This document shows, one piece after another, positions 1 through 12,423 of a stretch of 64,000 nt of DNA. The DNA comes from Octopus sinensis (lineage: Eukaryota), in contig NC_043005.1 in NCBI RefSeq assembly GCF_006345805.1, positions 100,564,001 to 100,628,000 on the forward strand. The letters are read 5' to 3'. The translations under genes and the position numbers were made by a program. The notes beneath the pieces were generated by a model. That model saw only the letters and a list, made by a program, of their open reading frames with translations, had not been told where the DNA came from and did no database searches. Within the stretch, counting starts at the first letter, position 1; each line of letters opens with the position of its first letter.

Positions 1-225
1 TGTGTGTATGTTTGTGTGTCTGTGTTTGTCCCCCCAGCATCGCTTGATAACCGATGCTGGTGTGTTTACGTTCCCATAACTTAGCAGTTCAGCAAAAGAG
101 ACCAATAGAATAAGTACTGGCCTTACAAAGAATAAGTCAAGGGATCGATTTGCTCGACTAAAGACAGTGCTCCAGCATGGCCGCAGACAAATGACTGAAA
201 CAAGTAAAAGAAAGTAAAAGAGAAT
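1..225 (+). mobile_element. 3' half of tRNA-derived SINE family A (CORE-like, with internal TA/TG microsatellite)
   Basis: Same sequence (gtttgtcccc...gctccagcatggccgcag...gaaacaagtaaaaga) recurs at 6900-7095, 32930-33125 and, reversed, at 44818-45000. Confidence 0.8.
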
Positions 226-454
226 AGTGTATCTAGGATTACCTCAACTAATCTGCAAATAATATAAGTTTGTGGGTTAGTAAAAGAAATTTGGATTGGA
301 GAATTTACAAAGTCATAAGATTAAATGTAGTAATATTATGTGAAGGTATTTGTTTGTGTGTGGTTTGGTGATGAGGGTTTGTATTTCCAACCTTAGAATA
401 TTTTAAGGCCATATCTCCTTCTATAATGAAGGATAAGAATTGTAGGCCCCACAT

Positions 455-716
455 CAGCGTGCCGGTGGCACGTAAAAAGCTCCAACCGATCGTGGGCGTT
501 GCCAGCCTCTCCTGGCACCTGTGCCGGTGGCAAGTAAAAAGCACCCACTACACTCTAGGAGTGGGTGATGGTAGGAAGGGCATCCAGCTATAGAAACACT
601 GCCAGACCAGACTGGAGCCTTGTGCAGCCTTCTGGCTTCCCAGACCCCAGTTGAACCATCCAACCCATGCTAGCATGGAAAGCGGACGTTAAACGATGAT
701 GATGATGATGATGATT
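455..716 (+). mobile_element. RTE LINE 3' tail copy ending in (GAT)n
   Basis: Matches the 3' end of the LINE at 10970-11146 (gcacccactacactc...catgctagcatggaaagcggacgttaaacgatgatg). Confidence 0.85.
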
Positions 717-962
717 ATTACAACACGATAGTACTTTGTTACATTGTAGAGATTAAATCAATGTATAAGTTTGGAGAATCCAACAAGTGTCTCAAATAAG
801 AAACTGAAGACTAGAATATGCAATTATTTCAGTTGTCTACCTTGGAGTATGTATAGTTTGGGCAGGTGGAACAATTTATACCATTTCAAATTCATTGTAC
901 TCAACTATCTGATATTCCCTGACAGGTAGATATTATGCTCGTTAATATCAGGGATTTCATAC

Positions 963-994
<32 letters not shown>

Positions 995-2459
995 CTGTTG
1001 GTTTATCTGTCTCTTTCTCTCTCACTCTTTCACACACCATAAAAGATTATTGGAGATTGTGAAGTAAAACAGTTGTGAAGAATATGAAAGTTTTAACTGT
1101 TGTTCATGGTTAAGGGGGAAGGTGAGGTTTTATGCAGTCGTTGAGGTAATATTAAATTTATGAATCAGCCTAGATTAAGAAAGAACATTTTTAATGGCTA
1201 ATATTATCCAACACACCTATCTCTCATTGAAAGAAACAACAATAGCAAACGATTTAACATTATTTAATTAATCTAGTGTTGCATTAATTATAATTTTTAT
1301 TATTAACATTCAGAATTTAATTTAAGCTCTCAAAGAATAAGAATAAAAATAAAAGTTATAAGGAAGAGAAAAAGAGCAGATTTCAGGTGAACTCTCTATC
1401 ATGTTGATTGTATTTAGAACAGCTTACAATAAATTTCATACAAGATTATGAGGTTAAGGGTTACCATTTGAATTCAGGATGAAGAATTCATAATATCATG
1501 TATGAAATAATTACAGTGTGAAAGAGAAGGTTGAGAAGAAGGAGTCTGCTATATATGTTTCATGGCTGATTACTGTTGTGATGGCACCTGAGTTATATAC
1601 TGCAACAGGGTTAAAGAGCAGAAGATTAGTAGCAAATCTTAACTAAAATAAAGGGGAAATACTTGTCTGAAATTAATCAATATTTATGGTGAAGATTGTT
1701 ATACTAATTAAAAGACAACTAAAAGTAGAGTTCAGTAATAGGTTTAGATGTGCCATCAATGACAGATGATGACAATCAACTGGAACGAAGTGAGTTAATT
1801 AATTACCTATCCGTAAAAAGAGGCTTGCAAATTTACAGGAACATCCAACAATGTTATCGTCTTAGAGAATTATAATTAGAAGGAAAAGGAAAACTGCTGA
1901 TTCAGGTGACAAGGTAACGTAAGTAGTAGAAGAAAAGAAACGATCTTTGCCTAAGGAAATATTTAACAGCCTTCTTCAACTAATGTAGCTGTAGGAACAA
2001 CAGAGATAAATTGGAGAAAGTTTTAATGAAAACAAAAAATAATAACTTTATTTTGTTAATAATAAAGACGCAATAAGGAGTCAATAAGTTGAATGTGTGA
2101 AATTGTTTGTCTGTTGTAACCATGTTATTGAAAGATCGCTCTACAAGATGACAGTGAATAGGAAAGTGAAAGTAAAGGGGAGAGGAGGAAGGGGTAGGGC
2201 ACAGAATATGGAAAAATTATTATTATTATTAGACCAGTAATGATGTCTATTTCATCAGGGAAGCAATTGTTTTCTCAGTGGTAAACAACATTGTTTCCCC
2301 TTGACTGGATTTCTTATAATAAACACCTGCTGTTCTATGCTACATGCATTTAACAGCAAATTAAGGTGTAGAGAAACAACAAAATAATTGAATCAGTCTT
2401 TTTGCAAGCAATCTTATATGACATTATAAACTGGATACATACATACATACATACATACT

Positions 2460-2493
<34 letters not shown>

Positions 2494-2559
2494 CTACTCT
2501 ACACTTTAGAGTGTACTTCTCCTTTTGGAGTGATGTCTTCTGCAAACAATATATATATA

Positions 2560-3097
2560 TAATCAAAATCAAAATCAAATCAAAATCATTTCGATGACTG
2601 GCATCTGTGCTAGCGGGATGCAAAGAGCACCATACGAGTGTGATCGTTGACAGAGAGGCTATTCGAGTACGATCGTTACCAGCATCGCCTTGCTGGCACT
2701 TATGCCTGTGCTTGTAGGGTGCCAAGAACACCATCCGAGCATGATCGTTGCCAGAGTAGCCAACTGGCTTCCATACCCGTGGCACATAAAAGGGCACCAT
2801 TTCGAGCGTGATCGTTACCAACGTCGCTTCACTGGCACCTGTGTTGGTGGCACGTGTAAAAAGATTTGAGTGAGGTCATTGCCAGTACTGCCTGACTGGT
2901 CCCCGTGCAGGTGGCACGTAAAAAGCACCCACTACACTCTTGGAGTGGTTGGCGTTAGAAAGGGCATCCAGCTGTAGAAACTCTGCCAGATCAAGACTGG
3001 AGCCTGGTGCAGCCATCTGGTTCGTCAGTCCTCAGTCAAATCATCCAACCCATGCTAGCATGGAAAGCGGGCGGTAAACGATGATGATGATGATGAT
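2560..3097 (+). mobile_element. RTE-type 3' UTR copy, variant subfamily with ~60-bp internal repeats and (GAT)n tail
   Basis: Repeated caccatccgagcgtgatcgttaccag units, then the shared tail; similar copy at 16860-17242. Confidence 0.8.
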
Positions 3098-3821
3098 ATA
3101 TATATATATATAAACACATATACATGCAAACCTTTATATCATACAAATTCATACATACTTAAATACACACACACACACACACATATATATATTAAGTTCA
3201 ACTGGCGTTGAAAGTCAACAAACAAAGTTTACTTTAGAAGTGTTGAGATGTATTGAAAGATACAGATTAGGAAATAATTTTATTCTCAAACACAGGATAA
3301 TACTAATAATATAACATGGATAGGATAAACTATGCATGTAATCACACGAATGTGAGTTCAAGTCCCATGCTTGGCTGCTGACAGATTTTTCAGCAAAATA
3401 TGTATGGTTTATCCTGTTCATGCTATATTATTAGTATTATCCTGCATTTGAGAATAAAATTATTTCCTTATCTGTATCTTTCAATATATATATATATATA
3501 TATATATGTATCTATGTGTGTGTATATATTTATTTATCATCATCATCATCATCATTTAACATTCATTTTCTATGATGGCATGGGTTGGATGGTTTGACAG
3601 GAACTGGTCAAGTCAGAAGACAGCACCAAGGTCTGCTGGCTGTTCTAAATACCTGACACACCTCCCGACCAGAGAAATTGGACCACTGCTCTTTGTTCTA
3701 CTTTGGTGCACATTCCTTGTGGAGTGGCCATGCTTACACTGTAAAGCCAGAAAGAAAAGTGGTGTAATCAGGCTCGAATTTCAATCACATGACCACAATA
3801 GTACCAAATGTAAGCACTAAT

Positions 3822-4290
3822 ATCATCATCATCATCATCATTTAATGTCCGCTTTCCATGCTAGCATGGGTTGGACGGTTCAACTGGTGTCTGGGGAGCC
3901 CGAAGGCTGCACCAGGCCAGTCAGATCTGGCAGTGTTTCTACAGCTGGATGCCCTTCCTAACGCCAACCACTCCGAGAGTGTAGTGGGTGATTTTATGTG
4001 CCACCGACACAGGTGCCAGACGAGGCTGGCGAACGGCCACGCTCGGATGGTGTTTTTATGTGCCACCGACACAGGTGCCAGACAAGGCTGGCAGACGACC
4101 ACGCTCGGTGATTGTTATGTGCCCACAGCACGGAGGCCAGTCGATGCAGTACTGGCTACGGCCACGTTCGGATGGTTTTCTTGTGTGCCACCAGCACTGG
4201 TACCACAAAGATACAAATTCCATTGATGTTCATCTATTTTGATTTTGTTTGATTTTCACTTGCCTCAACAGGTCTTCACAAGTGTACATA
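3822..4290 (-). mobile_element. RTE LINE 3' UTR copy
   Basis: Reverse complement matches 10470-11146, including acacttgtgaagacctgttgaggcaagtg and two ~60-bp units. Confidence 0.85.
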
Positions 4291-4330
4291 TATATATATT
4301 AGTGACAGAGGCAGTATTAAGTGGGGATAG

Positions 4331-4379
<49 letters not shown>

Positions 4380-4386
<7 letters not shown>

Positions 4387-4902
4387 GTATATACATAGGA
4401 AATTTGAATGGCAACTGTTGGTGCTGTCACTTACAGTTGCTTTTGAAGTATGAGAGGGAGAGAAAGAGAATTTACCAAAAATTAAAAGGTGTGTGTGTGT
4501 GTGTCTGTATGTTTCTACATATATATTAGGCTTCCTGCCAATTTTGACATATAAACTACCCAGTTGTTTGAGCAATTGCACAAATTCTAATTTGGGCAAT
4601 GTCACTGAATTAGCATGCAAAGTGGCGGAGAATTCCAGACACACAAACTCTATCTAAATGAATTCTCAAATAAATTCACCAAGACATGGAAAATGGACAT
4701 TAAATTATGAACATGAGGATGATGATGATGATGATGATATATGACAGGCTTCTTTCAGTTTCTATCCACCAATTCAACTCACAAGGCCTTGGTCATCTCG
4801 AGGTTATAGTAGGAGGCACTTGCCCAACGTGCCACGCAGTGGGACTGAGCCTAGAACCATGTTGTTGTGAAGCAAACTTAAACACACACCCATGCCTGCA
4901 CC

Positions 4903-4937
<35 letters not shown>

Positions 4938-5459
4938 TATATATATGTATATACATAGGAAATTTGAATGGCAACTGTTGGTGCTGTCACTTACAGTTGC
5001 TTTTGAAGTATGAGAGGGAGAGAAAGAGAATTTACCAAAAATTAAAAGGTGTGTGTGTGTGTCTGTATGTTTCTACATATATATTAGGCTTCCTGCCAAT
5101 TTTGACATATAAACTACCCAGTTGTTTGAGCAATTGCACAAATTCTAATTTGGGCAATGTCACTGAATTAGCATGCAAAGTGGCGGAGAATTCCAGACAC
5201 ACAAACTCTATCTAAATGAATTCTCAAATAAATTCACCAAGACATGGAAAATGGACATCAAATTATGAACATGAGGATGATGATGATGATGATGATATAT
5301 GACAGGCTTCTTTCAGTTTCTATCCACCAATTCAACTCACAAGGCCTTGGTCATCTCGAGGTTATAGTAGGAGGCACTTGCCCAACGTGCCACGCAGTGG
5401 GACTGAGCCTAGAACCATGTTGTTGTGAAGCAAACTTAAACCACACACCCATGCCTGCA

Positions 5460-5470
<11 letters not shown>
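4380..5470. repeat. ~560-bp tandem duplication bounded by (TA)n
   Basis: ggaaatttgaatggc at 4398 and 4958; copies differ by one GT unit, one T/C change and a 1-bp indel. Confidence 0.9.
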
Positions 5471-5492
<22 letters not shown>

Positions 5493-5580
5493 CATATATA
5501 TATATATATATATATATTCCATATATATAGCCCATGTGTGTGTATATATATATATATACACACACAACGAATATATATAT

Positions 5581-5908
5581 TCAGTCACGACACAGATCAT
5601 GAGATTGCACCTAGAAAGTTACCCTCCCAGGCACATGTCCAGGCAAGGTTGTTTATGGAAGACCAGCAGTCGCCCATGCATACCAGCCTCCCCTCTCCGT
5701 GCCACCAGCCTTATCCAAGGGAAAGGCAAAGGGGCCGATACAGCTTGGCACCTGTGGTGTCACAATTCGTTTTTACAGCTGAGTGAACTGGAGCAACATG
5801 AAATAAAGTGTCTTGCTCAAGAACACAACTCGTAGCCCAGTCCGGGATTCGAGCTCACAACCTCATGATTGTAAGCTCGACGCTCTAACCAGTGAGCCAT
5901 GCATCTTC
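5581..5908 (-). mobile_element. tRNA-derived SINE family B (CORE-like)
   Basis: Minus strand has box A (tggctcactggttagagc), box B (gagctcgaatccc) and ttgagcaagacacttt core; copies at 19208-19540, 21818-22138, 39218-39553. Confidence 0.8.
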
Positions 5909-5937
5909 ACACACACACACACACATATATATATATG

Positions 5938-5984
<47 letters not shown>

Positions 5985-6010
5985 CATGTATATAGTCCAT
6001 GTATTATATA

Positions 6011-6053
<43 letters not shown>

Positions 6054-6696
6054 GTGTATGTGTATATATATATATAATATATATATATATATATGTATGT
6101 ATGTGTGTGTGTATGTATGTATGAATGTATATGTGCGTACTTTAGTGCTGTGGCATTTCTTGATAACCAGAAATAGTAGAAGTAGGCAACAGTCATGTTT
6201 ACCAGTCTTCAATAAGCTGTTATCTCATCTACACACACTGCAACACTAGCTTCACTTATACAAGAAATGGTATTAAATATAATCAAAGCCGGTTCGCCAG
6301 CACCGAAACATAAAACTCAATGAAGAAGACATAATTTTAATTACTTGGCCAAGAAAATGACATGATACAATGAAGGTTATGACTATTTCATCATTACTGT
6401 TCTCTTTGTTCAGGGACAATCTCCAGCTTTAATTCTTCCGATCTACTTGTCCAAGAACCAATAGATTATCCATAAATTTCTTGGAATAACCAGTTACTCT
6501 TCCACCACTGTACAGCTTCCTACATATTCATTGTTAACGCAAATGCTTCTTGCTTACTGCTAGTGTTCAAGCAGTAAGAAAACCCTGTCAAAAGGCCCAG
6601 GTTTTCAAGTTCAAATCGTTGTTCAGCATTTCTTTATATTTCTTCTTTTTGCTGTTTTTCACTCTTTGAAAAAAAGAAAATGTTTGTCCACAGAAT

Positions 6697-7095
6697 AGGC
6701 ACATGAGTGGCTGTGTCGTAAGTAGATTGCTTACCAACCACACAGTTCCGGGTTCAGTCCCACTGCGTGGCACCTTGGGCAAGTGTCTTCTACTATAGCC
6801 TCGGGCCGACCAAAGCCGTGTGAGTGGATTTGGTAGACGGAAACTGAAAGAAGCCCGTCGTATATATATGTATATGTATATATATGTGTTTGCGTGTCTG
6901 TGTTTGTCCCCCCAACATCGCTTGACAGCTGATGTTTACGTCCCCGTAACTTAGCGGTTCGACAAAAAGGACTGATAGAATAAGTACTAGGCTTACAAAG
7001 AATAAGTCCAGGGGTCGATTTGCTCGACTAACGATGGTGCTCCAGCATGGCCGCAGTCAAATGACTGAAACAAGTAAAAGAGTACAAGAGTAAAG
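6697..7095 (+). mobile_element. Full-length SINE family A
   Basis: gtggctgtgtcgtaag (box A), ggttcagtccc (box B), caccttgggcaagtgtc core, internal microsatellite, A-rich gtaaaagag tail. Confidence 0.8.
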
Positions 7096-7376
7096 AGAAG
7101 ACAAAAGAAGAACATGCCTCAAAGCAATTCTCTCCCCCTGAGCAGGAACTCTCTTTTGTTCTCTGTCTCAGCTTCCATTAAGACCACTATGTCGTATCTA
7201 AATATGTTCTAGAGAAAATATGTCTCTCTCATCCTTGAACTCATAGGGCTGACTTCTCAGTTTCCATAAGACCAAGGCCACAACTTACCCCACTGAAAGG
7301 GATATCAATTAGTCACAAGATTACTCATTTACAGCTGAGTGGGATGGAACAAGGGTTAATGAAGTGTTTTGCTTAA

Positions 7377-7586
7377 TCCTTTCATTACTGTATTTATTTT
7401 GAGATGCTTCGTGTTTCTTTCAATTATTTTAAATATAACAAAGAATTTAGAAAAAATAACTTAGTTATGATTCAGCCAGTGTTAGGAACATAAATTTGGT
7501 GGAAGATTTTAATTCAGAACTTATGAAGACAAGATATTTGTACTACAGAGCCAGAGCCGGTTTCAGCCGGGTTAGTTATGAAAGGG
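7377..7586. mobile_element. piggyBac-like MITE inserted into an old SINE
   Basis: ttaa|tcctttc...gaaaggg|ttac ends (degenerate CCCTTTC TIR and TTAA target); the flanks rejoin as the SINE motif aagtgttttgct..gaacacaa. Confidence 0.55.
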
Positions 7587-7854
7587 TTACGAACACAATA
7601 CAACACCCAGTCAGAGAAGTGAAACCCCGATCTTGTGATCACGAGTGAAACATCTGAATCACCAGGCCCTGTATTGTCACTTAAAGAAAATATAGCAATA
7701 ACAAGTTAGTGATGACACAGCAGTGATGACAAGTCTAGAGAAAGCATAATGGTAAGTTCCGGTTACAGTGTGTTGGACAACCTAAAATGTGTTTATGGAG
7801 GAATCATTGAAAGATCAATGAAATGAAATGTGGATTTATGCTTGGAAGAGAGAG

Positions 7855-8110
7855 AGACAACTAATACTGTTTTTACTGTTGGGCAGTTACAGCAGAAGCA
7901 TGAGATATGAAGAAGTTACTCGTTAGGTTTGTTGAGCTGGAGAAAGCTTTTGAGAGGGTTCCATGTGCAGAGGTGAGAAGATTAATAGTGGAGTAATGGT
8001 TGGTCAGAGTAGCATTCTTGCAGAAAAGGGGGAAAGAGGAACATGTGCAGTGACAAGGATGAAGGGAAGGTTGGAGTGCATCAGTGTGGTACTAAGGCTG
8101 CTGGTATTTA
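7855..8110 (+). pseudogene. Highly decayed RTE reverse-transcriptase fragment
   Basis: Translates to TVFTVGQLQQKH...FVELEKAFERVP, matching AIFLVRQLQEKY...FVDMEKAFDRVP of the LINE at 9110-9210; contains stops. Confidence 0.7.
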
Positions 8111-8430
8111 TAGTTGTGATGGAGATAGTGGCTCCATCACAAGTGTAAATGAGGGTTTCTATAGCTGGATGGCCGTACTAATACCATTCACTACGTAGAT
8201 TGAACTGGGTGCATTTATACAGTACCAGAATGAATACATTTTGCATGGCATTGGCACTTATAAAGGACTGAGCACCTGTAAAAGGATCACAAATATATAT
8301 ATATATAATTTTTCTGATGTCTTAATGGCAATACTTCATTCAAAATATCACTTTCTTGTCTGTGTCACATGATACACATTCAATGGTTCTTAAAAACAAA
8401 TGTAAGTTTGTTCATATACATAAGTGGTTG

Positions 8431-8467
<37 letters not shown>

Positions 8468-8484
8468 TATAAATATATATATAT

Positions 8485-8637
8485 TCTCTTGTGTCCGGGA
8501 AGATAATTTTCTTTTTGTGCCTTATAATTTAACATACTCACCGGTAAAATTTCCCCTATTTTCCTTAAATTTTCATTGCGTCTTGCAACTTTTTCAATAG
8601 TCTTGACTCTTGCAAACTAAATCCCAAAACGAAATAA
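8485..8637. mobile_element. Deleted copy of inverted-repeat element family E (putative PLE-derived)
   Basis: Colinear with 18095-18310 apart from an internal deletion after gactc. Confidence 0.65.
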
Positions 8638-8646
8638 TATATGTTG

Positions 8647-8689
<43 letters not shown>

Positions 8690-8690
<1 letters not shown>

Positions 8691-11146
8691 ATGAATGGGA
8701 TAAAGAGAGTCTGCCAAATGTTGACCCAACAGAGGGACCAGCTATCCGAGTTGATAGTTCCGTAGTAGCTAAGGCGTTTAGGAGCATGAAGACAGGGAAA
8801 GCCCCAGGCCCATCAGGAATTACTGCAGAGATGCTCAAAATATCTGGCAGTGTCGGCTATAACCTAGTCACCCGTATAGTCAACCAGGTGATACACGAAG
8901 GAGTCATACCCATGACTGGTGTAGCAGCATACTAGTCAACTGCTACAAAGGTAAAGGTGATGCCCTGGATACAAATAATTACAGAGGTATCAAGCTGTTG
9001 GATCAGGTAATGAAGGTTACGGAGAGGGTCTTAGCCCAACTAATTAGAGAGAGAGTTAGTTTAGATGAGATGCAGTTTGGGTTTGTCCCAGGGAAAAGCA
9101 CCACTGATGCTATATTCCTGGTAAGGCAGCTGCAGGAGAAATACCTAGCCAAGGATAAGCCCCTGTACCTGGCTTTTGTTGACATGGAGAAAGCCTTTGA
9201 TAGGGTCCCCCGATCCCTCATCTGGTGGTCAATGAGGAAACTAGGGATAGATGAATGGCTGGTGAGGGCTGTGCAAGCCATGTACAGAGATGCCGTAAGT
9301 AAGGTTAGAGTTGGCAACATGTACACAGAAGAATTCAAAGTAGAGGTTGGGGTCCACCAGGGTTCAGTACTCAGCCCCCTCCTATTTATCATAGTCCTCC
9401 AGGCAATAACGGAGGAATTCAAGACCGGTTGCCCCTGGGAGCTCCTCTATGCTGACGACCTCGCTCTAATCGCTGAGTCACTATCAGAACTGGAGGAGAA
9501 GTTCCAGGTGTGGAAGGAGGGTTTAGAATCGAGGGGCCTTAGAGTCAACCTAGCTAAAACCAAAGTACTAATAAGTAGAAAGGTAGAAAACCCACAAATA
9601 TCATCAGGAAGATGGCCCTGTTCGATCTGTAGAAAAGGTGTAGGTAGAAACTCTATAAGATGTACCCAGTGTAAGCTATGGACACATAAGAGGTGCAGCA
9701 ATGTCAAAGGTAGGCTAACTGGGAAGATAGTTTTTGTATGTGGCAGGTGCTCTGGAGCACTGACCTCCGAAAATCTGCAGAAAACAACTTCTGTCACTTT
9801 CCGGGGGGAAAACTAGAAGTAGTTGATAGTTTCCGCTATCTAGGTGACCAAGTCAGTAGTGGGGGTGGGTGCGCTGAAAGTGTAACTGCTAGAATAAGAA
9901 TAGCCTGGGCAAAGTTTAGGGAGCTCTTACCTCTGCTGGTGACTAAAGGCCTCTCGCTCAGAGTAAAAGGCAGACTGTATGATGCATGTGTACGAACAGC
10001 TATGCTACATGGCAGTGAAACATGGGCCGTGACTGCTGAGGACATGCGTAAGCTCGTGAGGAACGAAGCCAGTATGCTCCGATGGATGTGTAATGTCAGT
10101 GTACTTACTCGACAGAGCGTTAGTACCTTGAGAGAAATGTTGTACCTAAGAAGCATCAGTTGTTGTGTGTGCAAGAGAGACGATTGCGCTGGTATGGTCA
10201 TGTGGCGAGAATGGATGAAGAGAGGTGTGTGAGAAAGTGCCAATCCCTAGCAGTTGAGGGAACCGTGGAAGAGGTAGACCCAGGAAAACCTGGGACGAGG
10301 TGGTGAAGCACGACCTTCGGACGTTAGGTCTCACCATGGAAATGACTAGAGACCGAGACCTATGGAAGTATGCTGTGCGTGAGAAGACCCGGCAAGACTA
10401 GTGAAGCCATAATCCGTGGCCCCTACCTGGGACGTAGTCAGTCCACCTGTGCATACCTTCCTTCTTGTGACACTTGTGAAGACCTGTTGAGGCAAGTGAG
10501 AATCGAATCGAATCGTATCAAATCAAATCGAACCAAATCAAAATAGATGAACATCAATGGAATTTGTATCCTTGTGGTACCAGTGCCGGTGGCACATAAG
10601 AAAACCATCCGAACGTGACCGTAGCCAGTACCGCAATGACTGGCCTCCGTGCTGAGGGCACGTAACAAACACCATCCGAGCGTGGCCGTCCGCCAGCCTC
10701 GTCTAGCACCTAAGAAAACACCATCCGAGCGTGGCCGTCTGCCAGCCTCGTCTGGCACCTGTGTCGGTGGCACATAAAAAACACCATCCGAGCGTGGCCG
10801 TCTGCCAGCCTCGTCTGGCACCTGTGTCGGTGGCACATAAAAAAAAACACCATCCGAGCGTGGCCGTCTGCCAGCCTCGTCTGGCACCTGTGTCGGTGGC
10901 ACATAAAAAACACCATCCGAGCGTGGCCGTCTGCCAGCCTCGTCTGGCACCTGTGTCGGTGGCACATAAAATCACCCACTACACTCTCGAGTGGTTGGCG
11001 TTAGGAAGGGCATCCAGCTGTAGAAACACTGCCACATCTGACTGGCCTGGTGCAGCCTTCGGGCTTCCCAGACCCCAGTTGAACCGTCCAACCCATGCTA
11101 GCATGGAAAGCGGACGTTAAACGATGATGATGATGATGATGATGAT
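8690..11146 (+). mobile_element. 5'-truncated RTE-clade non-LTR retrotransposon inserted in (TA)n
   Basis: RT motifs KAPGPSG, NNYRGIKLL, QFGF, FVDMEKAFDRVP, GVHQGSVLSPLLF, LLYADD; C-terminal GRPRKTW; ~740-bp 3' UTR ending in (GAT)n. No APE endonuclease region. Confidence 0.95.
8692..10401 (+). pseudogene. RTE ORF remnant (RT, Cys/His PHD-like insert, C-terminus) broken by small frameshifts
   Basis: Supplied ORFs 8998-9816 and 9738-10232 join across a frameshift near 9810; further shifts near 8911, 10170 and 10265; stop TAG at 10399-10401. Confidence 0.9.
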
Positions 11147-12274
11147 ATATATATATATACATATATATAAATTTATATAAATAAGGGTAAGAATGTTATT
11201 TAAATATTGAACTTATCAAGTGGCCAGCATGGGAATATAAACCTTCAAAGGTAATTATTATTAAAATTATAATTTAGGGTATCTAAGAGATACCCTAGAT
11301 TATAATTTTAATAATATGTACAGATATATACATATATATATGTATGCATGTACATATATATATATATGTATATATCAGTGGGTGCCTGTTTAGTCTCTTT
11401 CCTTCATGACTACTTTCCTTTATCTACATCAGTTTTGTGGAGCTTCTGTATGATGGGTTAGAGTTAGCCAGCTTCTTCAGCTCGGTTGTGTAGAATTTGT
11501 CATGATACATGTGCCATGAAATTTGATCGAGGACATCACTGTCAGCGTTTGCACATTCATTCATTACATTATCAATTTGACAGTAGATGGGCACACCTTT
11601 GAGCATAAATGACAGGAGTATTCAACAGGGGTTTATAGAACTTTTGTGCACATGAGCATCATTTTATAGCAAATAATACTGGCTTTTGTAAGCATAATAT
11701 GACCACAAATGGTACGAGTGAGAGCACTTCTGGATGGATTTTTGCTCTGTACAAACCCCACAATTCTCAAGAATTTTGTTGCCATTTCATTTCACTATTT
11801 TGTATTCAATTCAGCTTATCTCAAATTGCAAGCAATATCCACTGGCTAGAGGCCTTAGTTATGTTTTGATGACAAGATGTTCCCTATCATCAGTTAAATA
11901 TTTTAAAGATTTCTTTTTGTGACATCACGAAACCTCATTCTTGCTTGTACTAGGGATGCTTATGGAGAAATAATTCACGATAAGATAATCGCTTTGATCA
12001 CTTAAAACTCAAGAAAGATATTTCGTAAAAATTTGATGATGACCGGACTTGCTGTGTGCAATTAGGGCAGCAAAGGGAACACCAAGAGTTGCAGCTTTGA
12101 GTTTTCCTCTCATTTGCCTTTGTATCTCACACAGAAACACATAATTGCATATCATCATTTTTTATTTAAGTACTGTGTTAACCCTTCGTCATTCTACACC
12201 ATCACACCACACACACACACACACTCTCTCTCTCTCATCACTCCACCTTGTCATATTTAACTTAATTTAATTAG

Positions 12275-12423
12275 TCTATTCAACTGATCTACAAAGTCAG
12301 TAGTTCAGAGATGTTTATACATGTTGGAGACGTTCAGCTGAAATTGAATCAGTGCTGCAAACCGAGGTGGGACACGACTCCCCAGGGAGCGATTCATTAC
12401 CAAAATAAATATTTCCCAATAAG
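12275..12423 (+). CDS. Candidate internal coding exon of an unidentified host gene (SIQLIYKVSSSEMFIHVGDVQLKLNQCCKPRWDTTPQGAIHYQNKYFPI)
   Basis: tttaattag acceptor, 149-nt open frame, AAG|GTAAAC donor; its phase-2 end fits the next candidate exon. No homolog recognised. Confidence 0.5.

Noticed and set aside
2215-2265. CTGATGA followed by a TAGAC/GTCTA stem on the minus strand
   Set aside because: GAAA and helix III are absent; the sequence runs into (AAT)n.
10438-11120. Repetitive ORFs (PPTQVPDEAGRRPRSDG), and a CRISPR-like look
   Set aside because: These are the ~63-bp tandem units of the LINE 3' UTR; there are no unique spacers and no cas genes.
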